Part shown: positions 24,682 through 37,391 of the stretch, in pieces
Numbering within the stretch: the first letter of the stretch is position 1
Layout of the letters: the number at the start of each line of letters is the position of its first letter
Source: Pseudovirgaria hyperparasitica
Taxonomy: Eukaryota
Direction: 5' to 3' (one strand)
DNA length: 64,000 nucleotides
Assembly: GCA_010093815.1 (NCBI GenBank)
Contig: ML996573.1
Notes under the pieces: generated by a model
Told to the model about the DNA's origin: nothing
The model's input: only the letters and a program-made list of their open reading frames with translations
The model's database searches: none
Made by a program: the position numbers and the translations under genes

Positions 24682-26095
24682 CTAAGCTACCACATCATTG
24701 GCAGCTTGCTCTTTCTCTTCTTGATCGCCACTGACTTTGCTTCCGGTGTTGTGAATGCTGCTCAGGACACTTTTCAACTCCACTAGAAACCGGTCCACCT
24801 CTTGCTCAGTCCCAACCGTGATTCTCAATGCACCTGTGCACCCGTGCTCCTTTCCTCTGAAACGAACAACCACACCTTTCTGCTCCGCCAGGGCTTCATA
24901 AACGCCTTGTGCCGTGACGTTTGAGGGCTTCCCTTCTGGCCCATCTAGCATTTCGACAAGAAGAAAATTTGCGTCTGTCCCCCCAAGAAACCGGCCGACA
25001 CCAGCGATTTTTGGCATCTCTCTCAATAGCCGCTCTCTCTGGATCATGATCTTCTCTCTGTTCTCTTGCATGACTTGCAGATGCTCGGGACTGAGCGCAG
25101 CTGTAGCTATCTGCGAGGTTGGACTGGAAATGTTGTAGGGAGCTTTCAGAGAGTTCAGAAGGCGCGCAATGGGAGTGGAGGTGAATGCAGCACCGAGCCG
25201 TATGCCAGCGAGGCCGAACGCTTTGCTCAGCGTCTGCATTACAACAAGATTAGGAACTTCGAGAACCCATTCTGCTAGAGAAGCTTCTGGTGGAGAGAAA
25301 TCAATGTACGCTTCGTCGAGGACTACTATGCCGTTCCAAGTGGGATGATGGACAATTTCCATGATTGCGGACTTCGGTAGAGTTGCGCCGGTAGGGTTGC
25401 CTGGAGTACATAAATATACGAGCTTGATGGTTGAATCTTCGGATAATGCCTGTTTAATGCCTTGGACATCCAGTGCAAAGTTTTCTGATGCTATCAAGGG
25501 CACATTCACAATGGAGACATCATTGACTTGTGCCGATACGGCATACATGCCGTAGGTTGGCGGGCATGTAAGAATCTTGTCCTTGCCTGGAGCGCAAAAA
25601 CAGCGCAGCAACGCATCGATCGCTTCATCAGATCCAACTCCTACAAATAGATTCTCCGGGGTGAGAGTCTTTGTTGTATGAAGCTTGGCATTGCGGAGGT
25701 TGCATAGAAGCTGCTTTAATGTAGATTGGTGTCTTCAGCTTGTCAGAGAGAGACGTGACATGCATGTATGGGGGAGCGGACTGACGGATCTGGGTATCTG
25801 TTCAATCCACGCAGATCAAAATCTAGTGACCGCACTGGTGTCCCATCCATAGCCTGCTGTAAAACACCTCCAGCTTTGTTCAAAGCGAGCCCAGGGCCAT
25901 ATGCGTTCTCGTTCGCGTCGAGGAGGACATTTGTCCCGTCATCTTTGTAATCACTATCCAGTCAGCCATGGCACGGTCGAGATCGCATGACAAAATGTGT
26001 TTTACTCACTCTCTCGCACATCTGTATGGTTGCAAATGTAGAATGTTTGGCCGGGCACACTTCTCCAGATCGAATGCGGAGTTAGAGTGTGTCAT
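24682..26095 (-). CDS. HIS5: Histidinol-phosphate aminotransferase
   Basis: CARPNIL..PYRCAR, LLDANENAYG, NRYPDP, GVGSDEAID, PPTYGMY, PGNPTG, VLDEAY, TLSKAFGLAGIRLG (PLP Lys); two introns. Confidence 0.96.
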
Positions 26096-26563
26096 AATGT
26101 AGGATGCGAGAATCAAAAGTGCTGGCGGGGTTCGCCCATCTTTCGAGCTTTGGCCCGGCCTTGGCAATGATAAGATCTACAAAAGCCCATGAAAAGCGAG
26201 CTACTTGAGATCAGCATTCATTTCATTCTCCCATCAATTGTCTCCAGGAACAACATTCCTGACTATCGAGCGTAAACCCATCATGATCAGCGCGAGTCAA
26301 TGGCAAAGTCTCAACGTAACATATAATACAACACAATACCATGATTTGACATAAACGGAATATTTGTTCGCAGCCGAAGTAGGCTGAGAGAAATATGCTC
26401 TGATCATTACAATGTGGCTAACTTGCTAAAATTATTGAATGGACGTCTTCGTATGAAGCCGACTTCAGCCATCCACACAGTGGATGTTGCCTACAAGCCT
26501 CACAGTCTCGCTTCCCCCAGTCGAGCTGAGTGACATCGAAAGAGTTCCTCACCCTTGCTCAAT

Positions 26564-28262
26564 CTAACCTAAGTAGTCGAACCAAATCTTCTTAGACCCC
26601 ATTTCGGCTTCTAATGTAAGCCCAACCTGACTAGGACGGCCATCAGGCCCGATCCGGAATTCTGCCTCGAAATACTGGTAGTCAAAGCTCGCTGCCGGTG
26701 CGAAGCTCGGACTCATAGTCCTCGCGATGAAATAGTCGCCGCTGACGTGCTCGAAATCAAGTGTATACTTCCACGTCTTTTCAAATGTATCCATATGCAG
26801 CACTGCCTCCGCATCCCGAAGCCACCATGCAGGTGACTCAGCCAGCCTCAGGGTGAGGTTCCGATAGCCAGGGTTATGGTACGTTCCGACGTACTTTGAC
26901 AGTTCCAGTGTGGTTTGCAATGGTGGCGAAGGCGCAGATGGATATGCATTCTTCCGTGCGCTCTTCCAGTTGTTCTTCCACATCTCCTCATCTTTCGTAT
27001 ACTTACCCATCCAATCGAATCTTTCCTTAGCAGGGATCTCAAGCAGGTTATCGAGTAGCTCGAAGCAGACGATGTCGATGGCCCAATCACTGTACATGTC
27101 TGTGTTAGACATGAGAGCAAGAGTCCAGTTCTTTTCCGGGATGTACATCATCTTGGCTGCGTATCCAGGCACGGATCCATCATGGTAGAATAATTGATGA
27201 CCTTTGTAGACAGTAATCTCCCAGCCGAAGCTGTAGCCTACTGGGCCAGTGAAAGCCGAGTGCTCGTCTGCAGACAGGAACGTACGAGGCTTTCGGAGCT
27301 CCACGTAACTCTCGTGTGAGAGTATACGGGGGTCCTCATTCATGATCGCGCGTAAGTATTTGGCGTAGTCAACGACATTGGTAATCATTACACCTGCCCC
27401 ACTTACTTCTGGAGCATCGAATGGCCTCATTGGAACAAACTTTGCTGTGGTTTCGTTGTAGAAATATGACGTAGCAAGAATTTCGTTCCCGTCTGCCTCG
27501 GCCTTTTGGGCGTCTGTAAGGCTAAAGAAGGTTGAAGTCATACGTAGGGGTTTCCAGATGTTCTTCTTGAGGAAGTCGCCAAGCGACATGTCGGTGAGCT
27601 TCTCTACAACGTAACTCAGTGTTATAAACATCAGGTTGCAGTACTGGAACTTTGTCCGCACTTCAGCGGTCATTGGCAGATGCCGAAGACCTAGCACTAT
27701 GTCTTTCAGTGTGACGTTGGCGCCCCCATAACTGGAATCATGCCGAGGCATACCAGTACGGTGCGACAATGCATCCTCAAGAGTTACATGGAGTGTGGCG
27801 TAGTCATCCGGTAGAACAAATTCCTCACGAATAAGGGAGGATATTGGGGTCTGGAGGTTAATTGGGTCAGATGAATTAGCGCTCCGCTCCATCAACATCA
27901 GCAGACTGGCTGCAGTAAAAGATTTGGTAGTGGATCCACCAAAGTAAAGAGTTTCGGCAGTAGCGGCAGTGTTGGGAGTTCTCGATATCCCGTATCCCTA
28001 CACCATGTCAGCGCCATTTCTTGGTCGATTGAGTGTTGTCTACCTTTGCGTATGTTGTTGTGCCGTTGGAGAATGATATCGAGATACCTGGCACATGAAA
28101 CTTGGATAATGTAGTCTCGATGAATGAGCTCATCTGACTGTCAAACGGGCCATCTGATGAAAGACCGGCTGTTTCTGCTGTATGATCGGATGTGATTGCC
28201 TGGTCGTTGGGGAATGTAGCAACCACACAAGGCAGAATAAGCAGGCTTCGTATAAGCCTCAT
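26564..28262 (-). CDS. Secreted beta-lactamase/transpeptidase-like serine hydrolase (AmpC-like fold with C-terminal extension)
   Basis: Signal peptide MRLIRSLLILPCVVA, HVPGISI, SxxK (GSTTKSF), LSHRTGMP, FQYCN, YHDGS; one intron near 28.0 kb. Confidence 0.9.
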
Positions 28263-30072
28263 CGTGAGCGGGACGGACCGTTGCAATACGGGACAATATA
28301 TCTTTCAATGTGGTGGTGAGAGATACGAAGATGTTTTCCAGGAGCAGCCGACGGTCTTTACATTAGAGAGTGCTAGATCTAGTGACAGACCACTGAAAAT
28401 CGATTGGTTATTCTCTTCCAACGCTAAGCTTAATTGAGCCTGAAACTAAGCTCCAATTGGCTACCAGCAGTATACCCTACCGATATCTAGTGGAGTCGCG
28501 TTCACTTTTCGATTCCCATTGTATCTTATATTAGGAAGCGCGTAGATAGACGTGTATACAAACCTCACTAGTTACTTTGTATGTAAATGACTTAGGCTAT
28601 CAGGCTAATAGATCTTTCCCTAGCTAAATAAGAGCACTGCTTTAGTATTATTGCCTAGTGCAGCATGGCGGGTAGTAAGCCCCTTTCTTTAAGCCAATAA
28701 TTATTGACTTCTAGTTGACCTTTAAACTTCGCTTATCTCTTCGCACGTTCGTTCCTTAGCCAACTAGAGCTCTTGAACTCTCTTCCTTCCCCTCCCCCCC
28801 TCCCCTTCAATTTAACGCTAAAATTAGCATTGTCCGAGTACCCTTTTACTATTAAGCCAACCGTTAGGGGCTCATGGCGGAGAAAGAGATGCAGGTTAAA
28901 GAGTGTCCGCTGGGCGGACGATCTGCGGTGCTAAATTTTCCGCCGGCTCTTTTCCGCTTTTCACCGAATAAATTCGCTATAAGAAAGAAAGTTCCTAGAA
29001 CAAGTCTATACGTCGATTCTTATGTCCCTACTATAGACAGGGCTTAGACCAAAAGCTATTTATTATAGATTCTATCTATGCTAGTAAAGCTAGCAGGAAA
29101 GGACTGGCCGAGCGGCTAGTCAAAATCGATGGAACCTAATCCGGTTAGTTCGTCGCTATGCCATTACCCACTTAGATAATCTCTAGATCTGACCGCGAAC
29201 AAACTTGACCAACAAGCGAACTCACTTCATCGTACCCTTGCTCAGATATCGTGTCACTCTCCATAGTTTCAATCAGAGCTGATATTTGAGAGTCGAGGTT
29301 CCACTCTCAGCGCCTTTAAGACCACAGATATCGTATCAAGTGGGCCCCTGATCACGGCACAGTATGCGTTCGTCACAGCCTCCTCCCAGCATCGTCTTTG
29401 AGGAAATATATGCTTCCCTTAGAGCCATACACAGGGTCTCCATGCATTTATCTTGCTCGACGACACTTGAAGGTTACACTTCCATGCATACTTTGTCATA
29501 AACCGTTACATTACTGACACTGTCTACCTGAATGGCTATTCCTAAAACGGCGCGGAGAGGCCGTAATCTGGACAACATACATGAGTTCAGCCTGCTTCTG
29601 CGTTGTCTCACGAGGGTCTAGAATGAGTGTGAGACAAACGTGCCAACTCTTTGCCTGATGCGGCGCAGAAAGCATCATCCTCGCTTTCGCTAGCAAATGG
29701 GACTACAAGACTGCGAGGCTGGAGTCGAAAGAGGCCAAACATACACAAGGTATGCATCCTGATCCTCGTAAGTGTCTTCAACTCAGCTTCACATGGAGCA
29801 CTTCACCCATGAGCCTCGTGCCCTATAGAACACTTTCTGTCACTGGTTGCGTAGAGTAGGACAAGGAGGCAATGGTTCTTGAACAGTCGGCCGTAGGACT
29901 CTTTCTTGGACATGGGGAGTGCTTCCTTGTATTTACTATGCTTAAAGCTTGCCTAAGTCTCTCGTTATTATCTTCTCTCTATCTTTACAGCCAGGCCGAT
30001 AAGCTGACCATCATCTAACGTTCCTTTTTCGTATACTATTGCTCTTGCTTGCTACATACCTTTATCTTACTT

Positions 30073-31962
30073 ATGGCAGGCTGCAATGGTCTTTCACTTC
30101 TCTCCCTGGGTCTTTATGGGTCAGCGCTTCTTACCGGCCCAGTCATGCATCTTGGACTCTGGATACGTGGCGAGTGGGATCGTTATGTGAATCACATACT
30201 CTTCCTCGCCTGCTTCATTCATAATGCCGGAATACTGATACTTCACTATCTTACTGGGGCCGACCTTCTGGATGCTTTAGCTATGACTGTAACACTTGAG
30301 GGTGCACACTTGCTGGGCCTTATGTGTAGCATTGGCTTGTACCGAATCTGCTTCCATCCTTTGAGGTTCTTTCCTGGGCCTCTGTCCTTCCGAATATCCA
30401 TATGGGGGAGAACGTGGGCCACGTTTCACAAAGGAGAAAGAGGAGCTATATTGATCGATGAAGTGCATCGTAGGTACGGTGACTATGTTAGGATCGCGCC
30501 GAATCACATATCCGTCAGGAGTGCCTCGTAAGTCTACGCTATTTCTTCACGACATGTATGCTAATGTATGGCAGGTCTATTCCATTGATTCATGGTACAG
30601 GGAAAACCACAGTGTGTCATAAGTCCGCAGCATACCTCAATCCAGTCAATTTCGGTAGTGTGAACGCTACGCGAGATCCCAATGAGCACGCTATCTACCG
30701 CAAGAAGTGGGACAAGGCTCTAGATCCGAAAGGTAATAAAGATCATCACAATCAGTCTCAGCGCATCACTGACTGTGAAAGCTGCTTCTTCATATCTTCC
30801 TGCCATACACCAAGTTGTTCTTGCCCTTGTCAGTCGATTAAGGTACTATCAAGGGCGTCCGATCGTAGCTAACCATGAATACGCTCTGTTCGCATTCGAC
30901 ACAATGGGCAGAATTGGATTTGGCCTCCCTAATGGGTTCAATTCAATGCCCTCAGGAAGACTTCCGCGAGCTATCGCTGATGTCGTTGCTACGACCCGTA
31001 TTGGGGTCTACATGGTAAATGCTATTGATATCTCTGCTGCTAGTTTCATTGTTTCTCACCACGGTCAGATGTTCATCCCTTGGCTACACATGATCACTGG
31101 TATCTTGCCTACATTTGGTATCATATACAAACCAGATGTCAAATTCCGTGAGTTTATAGGTGCAGCCATCCAGGAAAAATCCACAACCGAGCTTCCCGAA
31201 AAGCGACAACACCAAGCCCACAAAGACGTCATCAGCCACCTCATGGATTCCTCCGACGGCGTCAAGCTGTCACACTCCCAACTTCTTTCCAATGGCTTTA
31301 TCATTGGCCTTGCCGGCTCGGACACAACAATCAGTACCATTACTCACATGACCTACCGTTTCGCCCGCCATCCCAACATCGCACGCACTTTACATCAAGA
31401 AATATCCTCAGCACTTTCTCATAGAGGTACCCCAGCTGACTGGCCCGCCATCTCCAAATTGCCTTATCTGGACGCTTTCATCAACGAAACTCTCCGCCTT
31501 CACCCACCCAATCCATCCCCTCTCCCTCGTGTTACACCCCCAGAGGGTCTGTACCTTGACGACGGTGTGTACATTCCAGGTGGCGTCAACGTGTCCACTC
31601 CTGAGTGGAGTCTCCACCACGACTCACGCTACTTCTCTGAACCAGAAGTATTCATGCCAGAACGGTGGATTGCACATGATGTAGCGCGGACCTCAGGGGC
31701 GTCGTTCACGCCACGACCGGAGTGCATATTTGATCGTCGCGCGTTCATACCGTTCCTTAGGGGGCCATATCGGTGCGCTGGCATCTATGTGGCATATATG
31801 GAGCTTAAGATGTGGACGGCGGCTGTACTGATGGAATTCGATATTGTGTTCCCTGAGGGCGTGGATGTTCAGGAGGTCGATCGTCGAGTGAGGGATGAGT
31901 GGAAGGACTATACGATGACACAGGCTGCACCGATTGAGGTTTGCTTTAGGGAGAGGTTATAG
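30073..31962 (+). CDS. Cytochrome P450, multi-exon
   Basis: FHPLRFFPGP, YGDYVRIAPN, AGSDTT, ETLR, PERW, FLRGPYRCAG; introns 30528-30574, 30733-30781 and probably 31015-31068. Confidence 0.92.
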
Positions 31963-32967
31963 ATCAGCTTGTGTGCTCGAACGGAACTTCTCTCTCCAAG
32001 GTAATAGACGGAAGCGATTTTGTTGCGGATCTGTTTGTTCTCAATATTTCCTTGGACTCTGTAAGCTATAAATTTCTCTTCTTTAGTGTCATTCTTTAGG
32101 CCGTATTCGAAATCTTGAAATAACATTATTCCAAAGTCGAGCTAATACATCAGACGATAGCATTCGTATCAAGTGACATTTCTCTGCAGTGTGATGCCTC
32201 TGCAGCCTTCTCGTTCCACAAGCGTTTGACGATCCTCAGTTTCGAGACTATGATATACAACAGATTTCCGTGACCTCAGTCACTTCACAGAACTAAGTTC
32301 AATGTTAACTTTGCAGTGTAGGTCCAAATTAGCCGAGACCTATAGTGCGCGTTCAGTACGGAAGATCACCCCTGAACAAACACCTTAGAGCCTCAGGCGC
32401 AACAGAGAACGCGATCAGACCGACTTCAAATACTGCGTAATCACAGAATCCTGTTCGTTTCCGTCTTATGGATAGACATAATTAGCATACCAACAAACAA
32501 TTGTGGCATTCTCCAATGATATGTAGAGCCAAGACAAACGACGCGCGTCTTTGCTGCATGTTGCAGGTGTGATGCCTTCATGTGCAACACAGTCCCGTCA
32601 AGCAAACATCATCCCACAAGGGATGCAACACCCTAGAGATTCTAAGTGTACTTCCTACTGTCTGTAGACACACTACGATCGGATTTCATCGGGGGTGCAG
32701 CGACAAATCGCGTCCGCGTGGCTCGACAGGCCCAATCAGAGACCTCGCATCGAGTGCCCAACGTAGACGCTAAAACGACGTAAACAGAGAGCTACAACAG
32801 AAGCATATACCGTCCCGCAAGGCTAAATTCTGGTCTGTTGTCTTATTAGTATACATAGATACATACCCGTGGCACATCGAGTACTAGGCTGCTGTTTCAC
32901 TTCAGCAACACTACCATCACGACGTTCAATTGCAGCCCGATCCACAATCCCTAGGGACGCCTTCAAG

Positions 32968-33699
32968 ATGACGCCCTTCTCTGTCTTTGCGACAGACACC
33001 ACCAATACCAGTCTCAAGGTCCGCATCGCCATGCTTGCCATCTTCCCCTTCCCATTCACGTTCTTGACCGTCTTTGGCGCTGTCGCCAACGCTATCCTTC
33101 CAACGCTTGGTGATATCCCGCTCGGAATCTCGGCTCTTCTGAGCGCGGCCATTATTATCGATGCTGTTAGATATAGATGTGTGTGCAAGACACAGGCCAG
33201 CACGGTGGTGCTGTTGACAGACATCATGCTTGCGGCAAGCCATGTCACCATGTTCGTCATCACACAGGTCGTGATGGGCATGGAATCGCAGTGTCGGCGT
33301 TACCATTGCTACAATAAGGAGGGTCTGGTATTGCTCGCGGGATATGGCAATCTGTTCTTCCTTGTCTTCGCGTACGTTGCCCGGGACTCGGCCCATTAAT
33401 TGGAGGGTTGAGCTGACGTTGATAGTGCGGCTCATGTATACCTGGCTATCAAAAGCATATATGCAGGCTACCGTAGAAATGAGTACGCAGATCGTTGCGA
33501 GGATTGCAATTCGATCGCTATGCCTCGTTTCAAGTCTTTCAGAGGCCTAGGGTACTTTGGAAGGCGCGCTGGAGGCAAGGAATACGCTCAACTGTCGGTA
33601 CAGGATAATGAGGATCCTGATAAGGGCAGGTTTTGCAACGAGGATGCCGAGGGGGAGGACGAGGCTATGCTCAAGCCCTCGACAGAGGAGCACGTGTGA
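32968..33699 (+). CDS. Hypothetical four-TM membrane protein
   Basis: ATG in CAAGATG context, hydrophobic segments, GTACGT..GCTGAC..TAG intron near 33372-33425 joining to an open second exon ending TGA at 33699. Confidence 0.7.
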
Positions 33700-34004
33700 G
33701 TCAAGGCAGTCGGGGTGGCAATAGACACCGATGTCAAGGACGTACATGCTAACAGCCGCGACGTTTCCTCGGTGTTTGGTGGAATGCGTACCGTTGATGT
33801 GATTCCTGGTACGAACGCAATAGGTCGCAGGACTACTTTGTAGTGCTGGGCCTCATTTCACTCCGAAGTGGTTTCACACGATCAGATTTTATGTATCGAA
33901 TAGTGAATATCTAACATATACCGTCTTTGTTATTCTATAATGCGCTTTCAATATGTGAAGAATGAAGTAACTGGAACATTAAAAGCTTGAAATTTTGGCA
34001 GCAC

Positions 34005-36348
34005 TTAGCTTTGAGAATCTGGGTTCCACAAGAGCCCCCTAATATCCGGATCTTCTGAAAGGGACGGCCTCAACGAGGTCTCCGGGTGAGAAGGTGTTAG
34101 GAGACTATCCGATTCTCCTTTCCCGCCCGAGCGGGTAGATATGGAACCGTCAATTCTGGAAGCACCCCTGTCTGGGACATGCAAGCGACCGACCACAAGA
34201 CGTCCCGGGAGGTCTTCCTCAATACGGTCACCAGGCAGCGGAAACAACTCATTATTCGCCGTATGTACCAGGAACTCGCTTTGCCTCTTCGGTATGCCAA
34301 CCCAGCGCATTTCCGGCTTCTCCGTTACCGGCGCAGCGTCTAGTCGTTTTCTCCAGGGAACGATGCCTCTCAGTTCGAAGACAGCACGCTGTAGCTGGAG
34401 GGTTCCCGTCTCGATCCATTCGAGCATTGGATAGGCTCCAATGTCGAACCTCGTGCTGATCCACTTGATTATGCTAGCAAGAACGCAATTCAAGAGGATA
34501 ATGAATCCACCGAGGGAGAGTACTATCTCGATGGCGAGCATGGAGAAAGACGCAAATTCAAAGTCATGAACTTTGATCCGGCCACAAAGTCGTGCAGCAG
34601 ATGCAATCTTGCCGTTGGACACTTTGTCGATAGGAGACATGAATTGAGAAGTGTGGTAGACTGTACCATTAGAAAGGGTGGCAATGTTGCGTGGTGAAGG
34701 CAGCTCGACGATCTTGTGTTGCATTATGGCGAGGGAGGTGTTGTGCATATTCTCAGCTTCTAGTAACCATTGCGTGTCCGGAAGTTGCACACTGACGGCG
34801 ACTTCCAGTGAAAGCAAGAAACCATGGGCAAGGAGGATCTCTCGTCCCAGAGTATAAGTGAGTGAACGCATGTTGGAGAAGTAGGCTGCTTCAGATAATA
34901 GTGCTAGGACATCTTTCTGTTCATCTGTGAAATTATCCCATGCGGGTTCTGAAAAGTCTCCGAAGTAGTTGCCCGTCAGAGTCGAGCACTGTGTCTCATC
35001 TGATGATGAACAGTACTGATACTGTTCCGTTACAGCCAACACTGAGAATTGTTCATCAGCCTTATATAGAGGTGTTCCCTCAGCTCTTGAGTCATTATGA
35101 CCAATTGTTGCGCGAAACCATGGATCATTAACGGGTGTCATGTAGTTGACGAGATTAGACTTCCTGATCAACGTGATGTCGGCATCAGTTCTAGCAAGCG
35201 CTCGTATAGGGGTCCATTCAAACTCAGGGTTACCTGAGTAGAAAGCCATTGGCCTTCAGTCACTATTAGTCCGGTCGACCGTGTGTTCTTACAGTGAACT
35301 TACACAATCTCATAGCCACTATCATAGTGGCCGGTAAAGTTCGATGCTGCAAATGTCCAATTAACGTCGTGACCTAGGAGGTCGATATTTCCAAGCCAGT
35401 AGAGAGTAAACATCTCTCCAGGGAACCCAGCCTCTCGTTCGGCTTCGGTGCCGATGAGATCTGCACGGTTGGTAGTCGTTGTTGTATGGTTCTGCGTGTT
35501 GATCGGACTCCATGTGGTAATCTTTCGAAACCAGACACGTTCTTCCGGCTTAGTGTTCATGCCGAAATCTTCTGAAGATATTAGGCCAGTATCCAAGGAA
35601 AGCGCCAATCCATGATCGCACATCGATTTTTCGAACGGACATGTAGCACTGGTGTTCCGCTGATATAGTCCGATGGTGCGTTTAGGGAAACCGGCGCATC
35701 CACGACCTCCAGAGAAATCCGAGTCGCTTTGCGCGTAGCATGATCTTGCCCACGAGGAGCTTGAAGTTGCTAGAGCCGAGGTGTACTGGTAGACGGCATC
35801 ACCAGCAGCGGCGAACGAAGTATGCTTCATAGCAGCAGTGTCGAAAATACCACACTGTCGCGATGCGAGCAACACTGCGCCTCCTGTTTGAGTTACACGG
35901 GAAGAGAAGATGCCTGCAACTGTAAAACCTACTAAATGTAGAATTGCCACGATGAGAAAGGGGAGTGATCGTAGTGTTACATTATGCCCTCTGCGCTTCC
36001 AACTCCAGAATAGATGTATCAAACTCCATATCGAACCTCCTGCCGTTGATGAGTTGCGGAGGATAGCTTGTCTCCCGTGGTGAAGTCCGTCCTGAGGGTC
36101 TCGAGTCGAATAGCAGCGATGAGCAATGAGCTGTATGATACCCCACAGATGGCCAGCTGCCCATGTAACGAACACGGCGAGGAAGGCAACGAAAAGATAT
36201 GCCCATTTGGGTGAAAGTGTGAGGACTTGACGATCGTTTGCTTGCCGACCTGTTATGGTAAGAATTAGGCTGATACCCGACAACATACGGTCAACTTACT
36301 CCAGTCGATCCAAAAGCCTTCATAGATTCGATCTAGCTGATCTGACAT
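34005..36348 (-). CDS. Fungal membrane glycoprotein of unknown function
   Basis: Short first exon (IYEGFWIDWS), then 328-aa and 414-aa ORF segments joined by GT-AG introns; motifs DGLHHGRQAILRNS, CPF, LDTGLI, EQYQYC, DTQW..E. Confidence 0.8.
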
Positions 36349-37391
36349 AACTGATGGTACTTCGTGTTCTTGAAGGGGATAGAACAGAATATCTTGTCAC
36401 CAGTGTCTTTCTGGCACAACCTGAATGGTTATGTTGAAGCAAGGCCCATAAGAGAGCCATGCCACGGCTAGAACTTATAGCGATGCCATGAGAACAGACA
36501 CATCGACGCTCAGATCATCCTAGAACGCCTGGAGGGGGGCTGTGTGTGTTGTGGAATGAGGCTTTTTCTCGAGAAGGCGTCAAGCCCCTGTATAGGATGA
36601 AGAACATGCGCTTCTCAGTTCAAGGTCGATACTCATTGGAGCCTAACGATAGCCCGAGGAATCTTCACCGATGAGCCCGTCAGTGAGCCGAGAGATGGCA
36701 CCCTATCTCCAACAGGGGAAGCACTGTCGACACCCACTTCGAGACAGGGATGTATCAGTGATGGGTGCTTCATGGCGGATAGGGACTGTTCGAAGTAGAC
36801 CGATACTGGTTCACTGGATATGTGGCTTTTCCATCTGTTCAAGCTTACGGCTGTTCCCGTCACTGATATGGCCAAATGCCAGGGTGCTTTCACCAGCTTC
36901 AAAGCATATATTGAGCCATGTCCTCATGAAGAGCACTGCGCTAGATCAAAGCAACCAAAGTACACACACCTCACCTCAGCGAGATGACATGGGTAGATAC
37001 CATGAGGGAAGGTGTTTGGTTGAAAGTTATCAAATCTTATCAATCTCCGAAGCTTGGGCGAATCAAATGGATGTGGCTGCAGGGTTATGCGTCAAACACG
37101 AAGTGGTGGCAGTGAACGCGCCAATCAGGTGATAATTAGCGGCGAGCAGAGGAACAGTGGAGCTAGACCATCATCCACGGCGGCAGTAACTGGGCAGTGC
37201 AGAATCTAATCTGATCTGATTTGTGAAGACGATCCTGCCTTGATTGACGTCGTGGCAGCCAGGTTGAGCCGCCTCGCCGACGATGGATAGTCACCAAAGT
37301 ACTGGCTTGGCATCCACATACTGAGTCGTGTTGGGCTGTTCGAACATCTAAAGCTTCCCACATCATCGTCAAACCTTTGCCACATCATTTC

